The notes beneath the pieces were generated by a model. That model had not been told where the DNA came from. It was given only the letters and a program-made list of their open reading frames with translations, and ran no database searches. Positions 21,301 to 28,431 of a DNA stretch of 37,218 nucleotides are shown piece by piece. Numbering within the stretch: position 1 is the stretch's first letter; each line of letters starts with the position of its first letter. Both the position numbers and the translations under genes were made by a program. The stretch is from positions 1 to 37,218 of IMG/VR virus record IMGVR_UViG_3300020452_000405; one strand, 5' to 3'. This DNA is from a virus. Its lineage: Duplodnaviria; Caudoviricetes.

Positions 21301-24189
21301 TTTTCTATGAGTATAACCAGAACCAGAATTTAATATTTTAACTGATTGTAAGGTTTTCTTAGATGCAGTTCTAAACTTATGAATACCAGCAGCATTAGTA
21401 GCAGTTGAAATACCAATAGTATTAATACCACTTCTTGCATCCCCATACGTATTGTATATCTGAATAGTTTTTGAATTAACTACTCTAACATTATATGGAG
21501 TACCTGTTGCTAATCTTCCAGTAGCAACATTTGAGACATCCTTATAACCACCAATACCAATATTTGGGTTTCCATTATTATTATAATAAACAACTTCACC
21601 ATCATTTAAATAATGCTCTTTCTTAAATGTAATTGTTTCATCATCAATAGATAATCCACCAGAGAAGAAAATATCTCTACTATCAAATTCTAACTCTCTA
21701 TATCTCTGCCCGATAACTGGTTCTAAGATACAACCTGATCCATTACCACCAGTTAATGAAATAGTTTTAACATCATCAATATCAAAATCATGTGGATCAA
21801 CAAATATTTCTTTAACAGATCCAACAATAACTGGTTCCAATAATGCAGTTGTTCCTCCACCAAGACTATCATCAACCAATATTTTTGGTGGATTTATAAC
21901 ATCATAACCATCTCCACTATTATATACATCTATAGATTCTACAGGACCATAGTAAATATAATCTTCAGATATAGGTGTTCTTATTTCAACACCATCAATT
22001 AACATACCAATATTATTAACTGGAGTTTCATTCTTTCCAGAAACAAATAAATTTTGTGATAATGGGAATTTTCTTAATATCTTATTTGAACTTAACTTCT
22101 TATTATATTCTGATGACTTAGTAAAGGTATGAGAAGATGTTATTGCATCACCCTTTGCATTAAATCTAACACAATTTGTTGCATTTCCAATTAAACCTCT
22201 TGATTTATATAACCTAATTTTACCAGGATTTATATTTACAACTTCAATATAATACAAATCACCAGAAACTAAAGTTGTTAATGAGTTTTCTGAAGTATAA
22301 ATTACAGAATCCCCAGTTATTAATTCAATTTCTTGCCCACCTTCTGCAATAATTACATCATAATCATCGGTCATATTATTATAACCTTCAAGTTGATTAG
22401 ATGTTGTTGATATAGTAACTAAAGTTGTTTTAAGATCCGATTTTAACGTATAACTTGGAAGTGAATTAGAAGCAACAAATGCATCTTTATCATCATCAAC
22501 ATAAACATTTAAAACATCTGCTAAGATATTATTATTACCTTCTAAAATTTCTATGCCGTTACTAGAAGATTTCTTTAATTTTCTTCTTAAATCATAATAA
22601 TATCCAACAACAGGAGTAAATCCAGATATTCCATTAACTATTATTTCATTCTTTGTTAAGTCAATATTAATAACTTCAGCAAATGGTGATACAACATTTT
22701 CTGAATTGCGTAATAATATTTCAATTATATCACCAACTTTTAAACTAGACTTATCAATATCATCAGATACCATAATGGTAGAACCACTAATTTGATCTAT
22801 TTGATACCTAGAACTAGTATTATAAATCCATGAATTTGCAAATATTTCCTTATATGATTGAATATTTGATGGATTTGCTATAGATTCACCAACATTTTTA
22901 ACATATATTCGTTCACCTTCACTTACAAGTGAAATATCAGAAACTATTTTAAATTCAGATAGAACTCCAGTAATTCTTAATTCTACTTTATTATCTAAAT
23001 CACCATCTTCATACCCAAATATAACCTCATTTGCTCTAACTTCTGAACCAATTCCAATAGGTTCAACTATATTAGTACATCCAAAAAATTGATTAACTGA
23101 TTTTGAAGTATATGTTACTGAATTGATACCACATAAAACATATCCATTCTGAGCAAATCCAACGGTAGAATCCACAGAAACGATAGAAGACCCTGCTGAA
23201 ACGGGTTCTAACACCTTTGTTTTACCTGGAATGGTAAATGTACCCTCAATCAAATCTCTATCGTTATATCCAACGAATAGTGAGAGTTTATAGTATACTT
23301 TTGGAGCATCTGTACCAACACCAGTTCTAGTTAATATCTCAACTTCAGATACAGAAGCATTAGTTTGCAAATCTGTTGATTTATATACAGTTTGACCTAC
23401 TAATTTTTGTGGATCACCACTGATTCTATCAGCAATAACAACTTCTCTTCTTATAAATTCTGCACTTGATGGTTTAATTAAGCGTTCTTCTAAATCTAAT
23501 ACTATAGAATCTTCACCATATAAAACTCTTAATAAGATTCTAATAGACTCTTCAATACCTTTTGATTGATAAAATGACCTTGCATTCTTAATAAAATTAC
23601 CAACATCAAGATCTTTAGCAAAATCGTTATTTTCTAAACCAGGTAAAAAAGTTTTCTTTAATTTTTTATAAAATTCTTGTATGAATAATACACTTAAATT
23701 TATGACAGTCGCACTTGTAAGATGAGATTCTGCCTCTGTATTCTCAAAAGTTAAATTTTCTCTATTAACTGAATCTAAATGTGTTGCTATTCCTACATTA
23801 TAACCACTTATACCACTAAATCCACGAATACAACCAATAAAAGTAGTGTCAGTTTTAGATGTATAGGTAATAATTTCACCATTAATCTTTAAAAGACCGT
23901 ATTGATCAGGAAATCCCTTAGTTGATTCAACTGTAATTGTTGTATCTGAAGTAGAAACTGCAGAAGATAAGGTAGTAGTTCCATAAACAACTTCAGGAAC
24001 TAGGTTATCAACCTTTAAATATTGATCAAAATTATCAATTAAATCGGTTACACCACCTTGAAATTCTTGTGAGAGATAATATTGTTTAAAAAATTCAGTA
24101 GCAAGTGGAAAATCCGACCTTAAAAATTCAGGTAACTGACTTTCAATTACTTTATTGACTTGTATTCTCTTATCAATGCCTATGCTCAT
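9397..24189 (-). CDS. gp7: Baseplate wedge initiator gp7-like giant protein (4930 aa)
   Basis: N-terminal QLPEF...FFKQYY, FIKNARSFYQSKG..SIRILLRVLYG, internal DYYQNLSYSIKS and LVHPAGLKNF. It lies between gp6 and gp8 and carries a YHYH-like segment and 8 Cys/His modules. Confidence 0.85.
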   Translation of the reverse strand: MSIGIDKRIQVNKVIESQLPEFLRSDFPLATEFFKQYYLSQEFQGGVTDLIDNFDQYLKVDNLVPEVVYGTTTLSSAVSTSDTTITVESTKGFPDQYGLLKINGEIITYTSKTDTTFIGCIRGFSGISGYNVGIATHLDSVNRENLTFENTEAESHLTSATVINLSVLFIQEFYKKLKKTFLPGLENNDFAKDLDVGNFIKNARSFYQSKGIEESIRILLRVLYGEDSIVLDLEERLIKPSSAEFIRREVVIADRISGDPQKLVGQTVYKSTDLQTNASVSEVEILTRTGVGTDAPKVYYKLSLFVGYNDRDLIEGTFTIPGKTKVLEPVSAGSSIVSVDSTVGFAQNGYVLCGINSVTYTSKSVNQFFGCTNIVEPIGIGSEVRANEVIFGYEDGDLDNKVELRITGVLSEFKIVSDISLVSEGERIYVKNVGESIANPSNIQSYKEIFANSWIYNTSSRYQIDQISGSTIMVSDDIDKSSLKVGDIIEILLRNSENVVSPFAEVINIDLTKNEIIVNGISGFTPVVGYYYDLRRKLKKSSSNGIEILEGNNNILADVLNVYVDDDKDAFVASNSLPSYTLKSDLKTTLVTISTTSNQLEGYNNMTDDYDVIIAEGGQEIELITGDSVIYTSENSLTTLVSGDLYYIEVVNINPGKIRLYKSRGLIGNATNCVRFNAKGDAITSSHTFTKSSEYNKKLSSNKILRKFPLSQNLFVSGKNETPVNNIGMLIDGVEIRTPISEDYIYYGPVESIDVYNSGDGYDVINPPKILVDDSLGGGTTALLEPVIVGSVKEIFVDPHDFDIDDVKTISLTGGNGSGCILEPVIGQRYRELEFDSRDIFFSGGLSIDDETITFKKEHYLNDGEVVYYNNNGNPNIGIGGYKDVSNVATGRLATGTPYNVRVVNSKTIQIYNTYGDARSGINTIGISTATNAAGIHKFRTASKKTLQSVKILNSGSGYTHRKLNVKPSNVSTSYSKITFKGHGFADGDLVEYSNTGSGNSIGGLNVTDYYILKIDDNSFRLADSKVTYDRGDYVQLTSQGIGLQTFKYPDIKVNAEVSFASTVTGSFNFTPVVTGKIVDSYLYENGTKYGSKILNLQKNPKVDIQNGKDAIVKGSIVNGRIVDVQVLNKGKEYYSLPEISVQATGITTTNVIGNGAILKPVISDGKLIKVDVINTGIGYTDSKSVFTVKSRGSNALFEPRVRKLTIDNNKRQGTYNLSADGGDNLYLSIHGYSSDIANSFSDNGGKHSPIIGWAYDGNPIYGPYGYTKVDQLGPSVGIVTSGYTLDASKVIDRPTTAEFEEGYFIEDWQYTGSTTLDEHNGRFCKTNEFPNGVYAYFASVQQSTQTNTLEPRFPYFVGKTYKSPYISSNTTLTQEFDFNNSNLARNTFPYKVGNALADNDFIVESNEYLRQLTNVESVTTGEIDDLQVLDGGTGYKVGDYTDFDDIGTNGTGLRGQVKSLVGLGVSEITTELDRYENALFTWKNANEVVAKYEPFIELKDQNTVSISGLSSSIVHLTDSFSVGVKTDTIGLAKSMTANVVVTGRVDDIYVNVIPNTVSIGSTIKINDDELVRVLNIFDVGSILRVKRYGVGAAHTYGSKLDVLNQEITIPVKTEKFDSTVNDLVYFNAKQSVGLGTTAGGGIETLARNGETLLEVPIPTRVIYLPNHPFTTGQELTLRKRGTATSLIVGDQSVPLNLFNIPDVTTDTSTVYAINKGQNYVGLVTQRTLIGSTSEGLFFHGNGSDDYEYSLESNHNQVIGDIDQITSTVVTKIAIANTTTHGLRNNDVVNLDVTPNTIVGIGSTSPLSLSFNNEFQKLLVNKVGFNSTGINTTTSSITINDHGYKTGDKVLYESSDPAEGLDNPCYYIYELSSNEFSLGETLKDIQTQPPLLVGITSTGGQNHSFGLVNPQIKVTKNSKLSFNVSDSSLLGHNLRFFYDKNFNNDFISAQDTSVFNISGFGTSGIGTQSTVTLSFSETAPSQLYYAIEKGGYISTADPLVSNYSEIKFVDSKYSGNYSIFGITSDTFKVSPRSIPELLSYKEDQCEKLEYSTESKRISGSIKDVKVISKGFNYKSIPKFKSIVSAQGKNANIVALSTSIGRINDVRIVDIGYEYPSDKTLSPEAFVSPVIRIDNVDTITDINVIDGGKQYLTAPDVIVYDPVDDKVVDDTSLTANTPYQSISDINIIAPIQGLNSVNHKILTINNSNGIGINSMTGGGSGIVTCVLETPINGFVDPPFSVGDEIFVEGVELFGEAGIGTQGNTNSSGIATGGDGYNSSNHQYRFFKVDDYINSNPAVIKYSLVGLTTNPGIAKTFQSGYANIINKDNYPTFEVIQERGSFKLNEVLHIEQNGKFIEKDLKIVESREDFIKVDGIYQLSIGDRIKGTNSNVRATVTGIVGNKAKFKVDYSSRQEYGWVDNTGKLNEDFQVIPNNDYYQNLSYSIKSNVTWDNLVNPINRLVHPAGLKNFADVGITSSVNVGIGTTVQVTPVIVVDLLGDKRVDTINNFDFGRDYDARPEVNPTKSKFATFENTKLTDYTLCKSNRVLIHDDISGKFSSKGFQDVFREIEEVDGAFTKYLVQVTDADTLDLQFSEIIVLSTTNDAILVQKTSDYTKHKLGDFEATADLFGRKALNFLPVEKYDRDHDIKILKTEFITNAIKTEATSIGQIDITGANIKVAIASTDTNDNVIGFNTTTIAQFSDTDFNGFFADVLVQDDITKEINYGEIIVDFDGTNIYYAESYVDTLNKTYSASRVGILTARYDSGTIYFECENQTKRLINVSTNIVGLGATESVGVGTYRFAVPGQPIGAERSVRLESTYDSGTSTPILVTRIDNRIDSTSKSLVRVSSDSESAIHQVVALQDEGDVTVIQYPFTGSSNVGLGTFGSVTTGNITDINFYPDASQTNLIELQAYNEVFNTINDFANTPDPLVVGPTEKRVLLSAYDGVNGSRANKINFELKHEDIPIYSKIFNPTNTEQLDKVTGEFTIPNHFFNDNEELLYTPGSTFVGIGSTAVSIGSTTNYAGIVTDIMPSKVYVKVFNENKFNLYSRKEYISSGIAITFTGIGEGNAHKLDMTKKLSKTVIGLDGIVQQPITFTSIEHTLDGAIGAGTSQFVLSGISSVQPRDVIKIDDEYMKVEQVGFSSLPEGIINDSTDVSLGICTLPVVRVNRGSLGVAATSHTDTTATRVHRGSFNIVDSTVWFLDPPKGNTRERRNDTNLPYVKAEFCGRTFLRSNYDTNMVFDDISDVFTGIGKTYTMTVGGANTETGVAIGNGVLFINGVFQTPLTLNNAGNNYEFDSDSVAGITSVVFTGISSENGTPMQSEYDINQNQLPRGGIIVSMGSTPGTGYAPLVGAKVKPEKKDNSNLFAASSITKVIGIGTSSKYKLGIETAAYDNTTGIITVTTNTVNGYALGYPNTVKLKNLEFTCPTKDVGTPVTGGTVYDPSTGELTIKIANHGLQNGDAIKFKEESLVFSCTYGSGGNGSYPRATDPAFDKYLYINTVTPDTFKVNVLLGTTPTNTDPHTFVSATTNAVQTLNYVGVTTSMFADHERALPVVGIISDRTFEVQVGLTSIPHFYKTGGDVYEFYNDLTSGSGYREPVAIGVTDIEYVHTFVSSDTNSINATNPNGTHTPSTVDYISSTGELILTIGNNHGLQQASENDINSAAYDPATGILTITSGVLSNGHGFSNGDLIKFKDYAITFTCAMDGGTSNHAYPRPSDPASGKWLAISNVTQFAFDVNVGSSPGVSYSPSYAKYDPVTGLMEITIGSHTLRPGTNIKLAQESIKFTCDVDNNQSAKGYPRATDPLYDEPIKIQTATDTTITIQVLSDIPSTNTSKHTFHSATAGAVTTGGNYTHSYGSSLTGSLLRALTTVQLNTESLKFTCSRDDHDSTHSYPRATDPAGGVALGIDGVTNNTITVNVGTGGGGGTGAIISAKVASNTHKFVSAVAGAAKTGGNYIHTFASGTENNNCVSIDSWSGSKLTPTAATYNALTGNMVLTVGAGHGITAGSNTVGIATNSITFTCDRDNHATEHTYPRYTDPIHNDANVAVAATTDTTFTINVGKSPITTRNITNAEYDPAAGEFIVTSAGHGFVGCTTITPTNASYVKNTGNLTLTKNTHGFAVGDKILIEDNSLVFTCTKDNNQTEHPYPRPSDYASGRWVSIYSTTVNTFKVNVNPNPSKDQFTHSFVRAVNGGIYKSNQTVGFATDSIVMTCEHDQHQTLHSYPRITDPAHNIELPVGKVTTDTFRVLVGKSPAGTGGALEFTINDYGARYVNPEISTPEPIYENMPVVGISRLGVGKTEDTGSNLLLNLRVGAARTSVGVARSMFEISKFDVARSGHSFAVGDKFKPIGLVTDKRLRKPLQEFELEVVTTFNDYFSSWQFGELDFIDGVSSLQTGFRKRFPLFRNGQLLSFEVDENSLLGEEIDLNAVLLIFVNGVMQTPNIAYQFEGGTTFTFTEAPSIDDKVDIFFYKGQDGVDVQIVNVNETIKIGDDIRIHKNPAFTDTADQENDRIIKDILGSDLVETTLYRGRGINENTPKPVDWTKQKEDKIIKGELISKAREVIEPQIYPTSKVIGDVTTDSGTSVTGGIFVDDAESFFYEDNVNPALDVNERYNVNITAVDALLMGAEGGEQAEITANVTSSGDIGSLTIVNGGSGYVGSSINILIAAPIGVGIGTTVRDEYAVVGVSTFAEATGTITNGSITSTTITNIGLGYSQVNPPRVIVEKPQYKTEKMTSFDNVEGYTGIITGIAAVEGSGGAGTKALKFFYTSFKSNANKLQVGYPILIKDTSIDLGSGVTSVDGNDNSIVAIGSTFLDNIYKVHSMSQLSDFRAEITCDILSTTNTTGVTSTGYYDVTNIGLTKSLGKISWGRIYNGERSTSPISIGVTGLTVDAGLSTFPTIQRKYYSGLNAEFGLRNTGAIRIVTGL
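11410..14030 (-). repeat. Eight ~90-110 aa modules (Y-D-P-x-T-G...H-G...F-T-C...Y-P-R-x-x-D-P...H-x-F) within gp7, several nested
   Basis: The translation has 8 YDPxTG-like starts, 8 FTC-like motifs and 7 YPRxxDP-like motifs (near 11500, 11735, 12080, 12500, 12785, 13040, 13730). Boundaries are approximate. Confidence 0.85.
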
Positions 24190-26127
24190 TTATTTTCTCT
24201 CTAGATCTCCATTAGAGTAACTTGATGTGTAATAATCTCTTGTAAATACAACTCCTGAAACATCTTCACCAGAAGCAATTACATCCTTAATCATATTTAT
24301 CTTACTATTTGAAACGTCAAAATGTAGATATAAGTCCTTCAATCCAACCACATCGTTAGAATCTGGAAATGCTTGTATTTCAACTAAATCATTTGCAGCA
24401 GTAGTTGATGTAATGTTTATTGTATTGAGTATTATTTCACCCTTATTATAGTTAACTGTTCCTACAGATTTAACAACAACTCTTAATTCATCCTTCTGAT
24501 TTCGGGTAATTGCACTCAATATACCCATTCCACTACCATCTAACTTACCATTAGCATCTTTATTTGGCACATCAGTCAAATAAACAATATTAGTTGCACC
24601 ATTTACACTAAATCCAGTACTTTTTATATTAAATCCTTCTGGATTTATGTGAAATTTATTACCAAAACACAATTCATACTGTGCAAATTGATTTTTTAGT
24701 ACTTTTAAGTCTCTTCTAATCTTAACTGTAGTAATATTAGAAGTAATTGCATTATCAACTCTATCAATTAACTGCAATATCTTACTATACTTAAATCTTC
24801 CACCAAATTTATTAATATCTACACTTTTTGAGTAAGTTGTGAGAGAACTTGATACATCTGACTTTAATTTATTGGAATTTGCAATTTTAGAGGTGTCATA
24901 ATAGATTGTTGAATCAATTTCAACATATAATAGTTTTAAATCTACAATTTCAGAGTTAATTCCAGCAATTGCATAACTTTTTAACTTACTTTTTATCTGC
25001 TGTTTATCAAAATCAGATACGTATGTACCGTTTTTTGGTTTTATACTAATTTGTACCTTACCAAATTGAGGAGGATCTAATTCTTCCCCACCAACAACAG
25101 AAACAGTCTCAGTTTTAGGGTAAATTGATTGTATTATTGCCTCATAATCATTGCCCGTAACTGCCCTGTGTTGCGAAGAATATAATCTAGGTGCAAAATA
25201 CTTAATAGAGTTTAAACTCTCTGCTCCAGCACCGTTTATAGCGTTCTGAACTGTATTTACAGTGATTCCAGCACTAGGTATGATAGTAGATGCATTAACA
25301 TCTGTAGTGGGTTTATCAGTAAAAACGCCTTGGAAACTAAATTTAGATGCACCATTGCCATTTTCACCATCTGTAACAATATATCTTACTGTAATAATAT
25401 CATTATTATCTAATTTTTTACCAAAATACCCATCACCAAACAATATTTCATACTTTTCATCTTGAATTTCTTGTACAAAGAAAACTTTAGACTTTTTATC
25501 AATTTTTAGTATATTATCAATCATACTATACTGATTTCCAAGCACACCACTAGCATTAGATACATGTACAGTGATGGTAGAGGTATCAATATTAGGATTA
25601 TCTAAGATAAAACGTTGATCACTGCTATTATTTGATACAAAAGTAGATTGTAAAAATGTTCCTTGGAAAACTGTAACTGGATTTTCTGCTGTTCCAAACT
25701 CAGCAACACCACCTTTTATCGATGCATAGTTCTCTTCAGTGGTTGAAAATCTATATGTAGTGCCATCTGCTTGCCCAACACATACTAAACCAGGTTTTAA
25801 GTATAGTAAAGGGTTAGTTGAGGTAGTTTCTGCACTAAAATAAATGGATGCCTTTGCAGCAGATTTTGAACGGGGTACATAACCAATATTTCTTGCTAAT
25901 GAAACTACATTTTCTCTTATAGTTGCCGAATCTAAGAAGGATTCATTCGCAACTAAGTTAGCATTAAAAGCATTAATATAGGTATTATACGCTAAAGTAT
26001 CAATTAAAATTGAGAAATTAGAACCTTCAAAGTCAAAATCAGTAAAATTACTGTTTGCTCGAAGATAATCCCTTATTTGGGCTTTAATTTCTTCAAAATC
26101 TAAACTTGTAAACTGTGTAAAAGGCAT
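24190..26127 (-). CDS. gp6: Baseplate wedge subunit gp6
   Basis: LDFEEIK...FTDFDFEGSNFSILIDTLAYNTY..NESFLDSA..RENVVSLARNIGYVPRS, and RAVTGNDYE. Confidence 0.93.
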   Translation of the reverse strand: MPFTQFTSLDFEEIKAQIRDYLRANSNFTDFDFEGSNFSILIDTLAYNTYINAFNANLVANESFLDSATIRENVVSLARNIGYVPRSKSAAKASIYFSAETTSTNPLLYLKPGLVCVGQADGTTYRFSTTEENYASIKGGVAEFGTAENPVTVFQGTFLQSTFVSNNSSDQRFILDNPNIDTSTITVHVSNASGVLGNQYSMIDNILKIDKKSKVFFVQEIQDEKYEILFGDGYFGKKLDNNDIITVRYIVTDGENGNGASKFSFQGVFTDKPTTDVNASTIIPSAGITVNTVQNAINGAGAESLNSIKYFAPRLYSSQHRAVTGNDYEAIIQSIYPKTETVSVVGGEELDPPQFGKVQISIKPKNGTYVSDFDKQQIKSKLKSYAIAGINSEIVDLKLLYVEIDSTIYYDTSKIANSNKLKSDVSSSLTTYSKSVDINKFGGRFKYSKILQLIDRVDNAITSNITTVKIRRDLKVLKNQFAQYELCFGNKFHINPEGFNIKSTGFSVNGATNIVYLTDVPNKDANGKLDGSGMGILSAITRNQKDELRVVVKSVGTVNYNKGEIILNTINITSTTAANDLVEIQAFPDSNDVVGLKDLYLHFDVSNSKINMIKDVIASGEDVSGVVFTRDYYTSSYSNGDLERK

Positions 26128-26131
26128 ATTA

Positions 26132-26533
26132 TTATCTGGTTGGTTCTAAAAGGAAATTAAATGACTGTGTTGGGATGGATGTACCAACAATATCAAAGAA
26201 TACAGTAACATTATATCCATTCGCATCCATATATTCATCCATTTGTACGTTTAAGTTATCAACTCTTGGTTCATATTCATAAACAGTTTCTCTAATTTGA
26301 TCCTCAATAACTCGCATCATTCCAGGATAAAAGTTTTCAAATAAACTGCCCCTAATATCAGTTCCAAGATTAGAATTAAAAAATCTTTCGGTTGGGATGG
26401 TTTCAACTAAATTTCTTACTGACCGTACAATAGCACGTTCATTATTCAGAATAGGAAGATCCTTTGTTACTGGATGAGGAGTAAAAGAGAAACTTATATC
26501 CTTAAACGACTGTGATGTACGCTTGATTGCCAT
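26132..26533 (-). CDS. gp25: Baseplate wedge/sheath initiation subunit gp25
   Basis: FKDISFSF..HPVTKD...NERAI.RSVRNLV.T...ERFF...G and YEPRV, typical of GPW/gp25 proteins. Confidence 0.92.
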   Translation of the reverse strand: MAIKRTSQSFKDISFSFTPHPVTKDLPILNNERAIVRSVRNLVETIPTERFFNSNLGTDIRGSLFENFYPGMMRVIEDQIRETVYEYEPRVDNLNVQMDEYMDANGYNVTVFFDIVGTSIPTQSFNFLLEPTR

Positions 26534-26557
26534 CCTATATTTAGTATTATCTCCATT

Positions 26558-26565
26558 TATTTATA
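26558..26565 (-). promoter_or_regulatory. T4-type late promoter TATAAATA driving the baseplate operon
   Basis: Exact TATAAATA between an upstream terminator and the gp25 ATG. A CTAAATA variant lies at 26538-26544. Confidence 0.8.
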
Positions 26566-26575
26566 GAGGTTAGAC

Positions 26576-26613
26576 AAAAAAAAGACTCAGATAACTAAAT
26601 CCGAGTCCTTTTT
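26576..26613 (-). terminator. Rho-independent terminator separating upstream genes from the late operon
   Basis: Minus strand GACTCGGAT-ttagtt-ATCTGAGTC (9-bp stem with one G.U pair) followed by a run of 8 T. Confidence 0.8.
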
Positions 26614-26615
26614 GC

Positions 26616-26762
26616 TTAATTTCCTTGCCCTCTGTACCGTTTAGGTGCTCTATTTCGAGACGAAGCGGAATATTTTGTATGTTTACCGTTGCCTTGACGA
26701 GTCTTTTTGGGGGATGTTTCTACAAACGTAGTTCCAGTTAGACTTTGTTTAAACTTTGCCAT
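26616..26762 (-). CDS. Small basic protein (48 aa)
   Basis: Hand-translated, below the ORF-track cutoff: MAKFKQSLTGTTFVETSPKKTRQGNGKHTKYSASSRNRAPKRYRGQGN. It fills the gap between the upstream gene and the terminator. Confidence 0.75.
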   Translation of the reverse strand: MAKFKQSLTGTTFVETSPKKTRQGNGKHTKYSASSRNRAPKRYRGQGN

Positions 26763-26764
26763 AA

Positions 26765-26929
26765 TTAAATTTGCTTAATTTCAGTTCTTAAATTGTTTGG
26801 GTTATTTACACCAGTTTTATAAAATTCTTGAGCGAGGTCTTCCATCGCATCAAAGTATTCATCTTGGGTGAGATCTTCAAAAAGAAGTTTATCACCCTCA
26901 TAGACGTTATATAACTCTTTGCTTTTCAT
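26765..26929 (-). CDS. Small hypothetical protein (54 aa, MKSKELYNVY...NPNNLRTEI)
   Basis: ORF-track 26765..26983 restarted at the ATG at 26929 to reduce the overlap with the upstream gene. Confidence 0.7.
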   Translation of the reverse strand: MKSKELYNVYEGDKLLFEDLTQDEYFDAMEDLAQEFYKTGVNNPNNLRTEIKQI

Positions 26930-27662
26930 GACCAACACGAACACGAGGATCGCACCAGATTTCAAAACCTGCTTCTTTTGCATCTAGGCAGAATGAAACA
27001 TCCTCACCACACATATCCTGTACTTCACCAGATTCAAAGACCTGCATCTTTGGAGCGAACCAAGGGTATGGAAGACCTTCGTGTTCAAATACACCATGCT
27101 TAATAAGAGTCCATCCAAAACCAGTATAATCTACAGTAAATGGTTTCTTTCTTTTCGAGATGCTTTCGAGGGTTTCGTGGTTCATTACGCCACCATTCGA
27201 GCGAAAGTCGTCTTCTTCCATCCAATGAGCAACTGATGTAGTCTTACCATCTTCTGTACAGTACCAACCAGAAGCAATATCCTGATCCATAAGAACGATC
27301 TGCCAGAACTTCTCAGTGTTGAATACAATATCGCTATCGATCCATAATTGATAATCATACTTTAACTGTCCATCCCAAGGTTTCTGATCAGGACCTCTGA
27401 GAACATTAGCACCTAAGCACTTACAACGTGCAAAGTTGACCATCGATGAGTAATCCTGAGAGATTTGGATACTTGCTCCACTTTGTACCAGATCGAAGCA
27501 TAGCTGTACAAAACTCTTTAAAAATGCATATGATACTCCTCTACCAGGTAAACAGAATACGACTGTCTTCCCCTTTATCATCTCCTTTGCTTTATCAAAA
27601 TCCCACTCAGGTTCTTTTTTGACAACGGGAGATTTCGCTTTAACTGTAAATCCTTTTCCCAT
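26907..27662 (-). CDS. GT-A fold glycosyltransferase-like protein (251 aa)
   Basis: DxD motif in YQLWIDSDIVF, plus GFGWTLIK.GVFE, GEDVSFC and RVGHEK, as in GT2-like phage proteins. Confidence 0.7.
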   Translation of the reverse strand: MGKGFTVKAKSPVVKKEPEWDFDKAKEMIKGKTVVFCLPGRGVSYAFLKSFVQLCFDLVQSGASIQISQDYSSMVNFARCKCLGANVLRGPDQKPWDGQLKYDYQLWIDSDIVFNTEKFWQIVLMDQDIASGWYCTEDGKTTSVAHWMEEDDFRSNGGVMNHETLESISKRKKPFTVDYTGFGWTLIKHGVFEHEGLPYPWFAPKMQVFESGEVQDMCGEDVSFCLDAKEAGFEIWCDPRVRVGHEKQRVI

Positions 27663-27684
27663 AATGTTATGTAATTACATAGTT

Positions 27685-27713
27685 ATTATATGCGATTATA
27701 TAGGAAAAGTCAA
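27685..27713 (-). promoter_or_regulatory. sigma70-type promoter
   Basis: TTGACT-17 nt-TATAAT directly upstream of the glycosyltransferase-like gene. Confidence 0.75.
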
Positions 27714-27714
27714 C

Positions 27715-28263
27715 TTAAAAATAATTAATTGCTAGTACTATTCTTTTACGGTCATCAGTACAAGTACTACTACAATGTGGAGTAGCACCATTGTGTATTG
27801 CTATACGGTTTTCTACACTCATTATCTTATTACCTTGCTCATATCTTCCATTAACATCACCATTATTTCTATCCCAATCATCATCACACATTAATGTAAA
27901 ACCATTACAGGTATTCATATACAACAAAGCAGCGTTATGATCATAACCGAAATCAATATGACTACCGTGTATAATCTGTTTACCTTGATTACAATACATT
28001 ATTGCTCTTGCTCTTATTATTGCTTTTACTTCTAAGAAATCTAAGAGGGGTTTTAATTCATAATAAAATTTATTCTCTATATTATTGTTATTATAGAAAC
28101 TACTTACAAAATAAAACTGTTCATCATCAGGATCATCATCGTGTGTTGCTACTTTCTCATTAAACATCCATTGAAATTCAGGACCACTATGTAAAATCTT
28201 TTTATTTAAGTATTCAAAATAACCCTTATCAAGGGCATTATCAATAATCTTTGCATGTTTCAT
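27715..28263 (-). CDS. 2OG-Fe(II) oxygenase superfamily protein (182 aa)
   Basis: HxD (HIDF), AALLYMNTCNGFT, distal His (TPHCS) and C-terminal R.VLAINYF. This family is common in cyanomyophages. Confidence 0.75.
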   Translation of the reverse strand: MKHAKIIDNALDKGYFEYLNKKILHSGPEFQWMFNEKVATHDDDPDDEQFYFVSSFYNNNNIENKFYYELKPLLDFLEVKAIIRARAIMYCNQGKQIIHGSHIDFGYDHNAALLYMNTCNGFTLMCDDDWDRNNGDVNGRYEQGNKIMSVENRIAIHNGATPHCSSTCTDDRKRIVLAINYF

Positions 28264-28431
28264 TTAATAAGAGGCATCTGCTAATTGTTGTTCATCAATA
28301 TTTACCTCACTATATTCTAAACCATCCCAGTATGAATGATATAACCTTCCCCATATAACATTAAACTCCTGTTGACTCAGATTCTTAAACAGGCATCTCT
28401 CATTTAAGTATATGTGATAAGTTTTAGTCAT
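28264..28431 (-). CDS. Small hypothetical protein (55 aa, MTKTYHIYLNERCLFKNLSQQEF...)
   Basis: ORF-track 28264..28464 restarted at ATG 28431, which overlaps the end of the upstream gene. Confidence 0.7.
   Translation of the reverse strand: MTKTYHIYLNERCLFKNLSQQEFNVIWGRLYHSYWDGLEYSEVNIDEQQLADASY

Noticed and set aside
9397-24189. Intein, intron or diversity-generating retroelement explaining the size of gp7
   Set aside because: I saw no intein splice or LAGLIDADG motifs, no reverse transcriptase, and no near-identical repeat pair differing only at adenines. The repeats are diverged protein modules.
138-25465. Plus-strand and alternate-frame ORFs inside the structural genes (e.g. 1659..2159, 4179..4529, 10483..10803, 17663..17974)
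   Set aside because: They are shadow frames fully overlapping well-supported minus-strand genes and carry no recognisable motifs.
27668-27681. Palindrome TATGTAATTACATA as an NtcA site
   Set aside because: GTA and TAC are separated by 2 nt rather than 8. It could be some other operator, but nothing else supports that.
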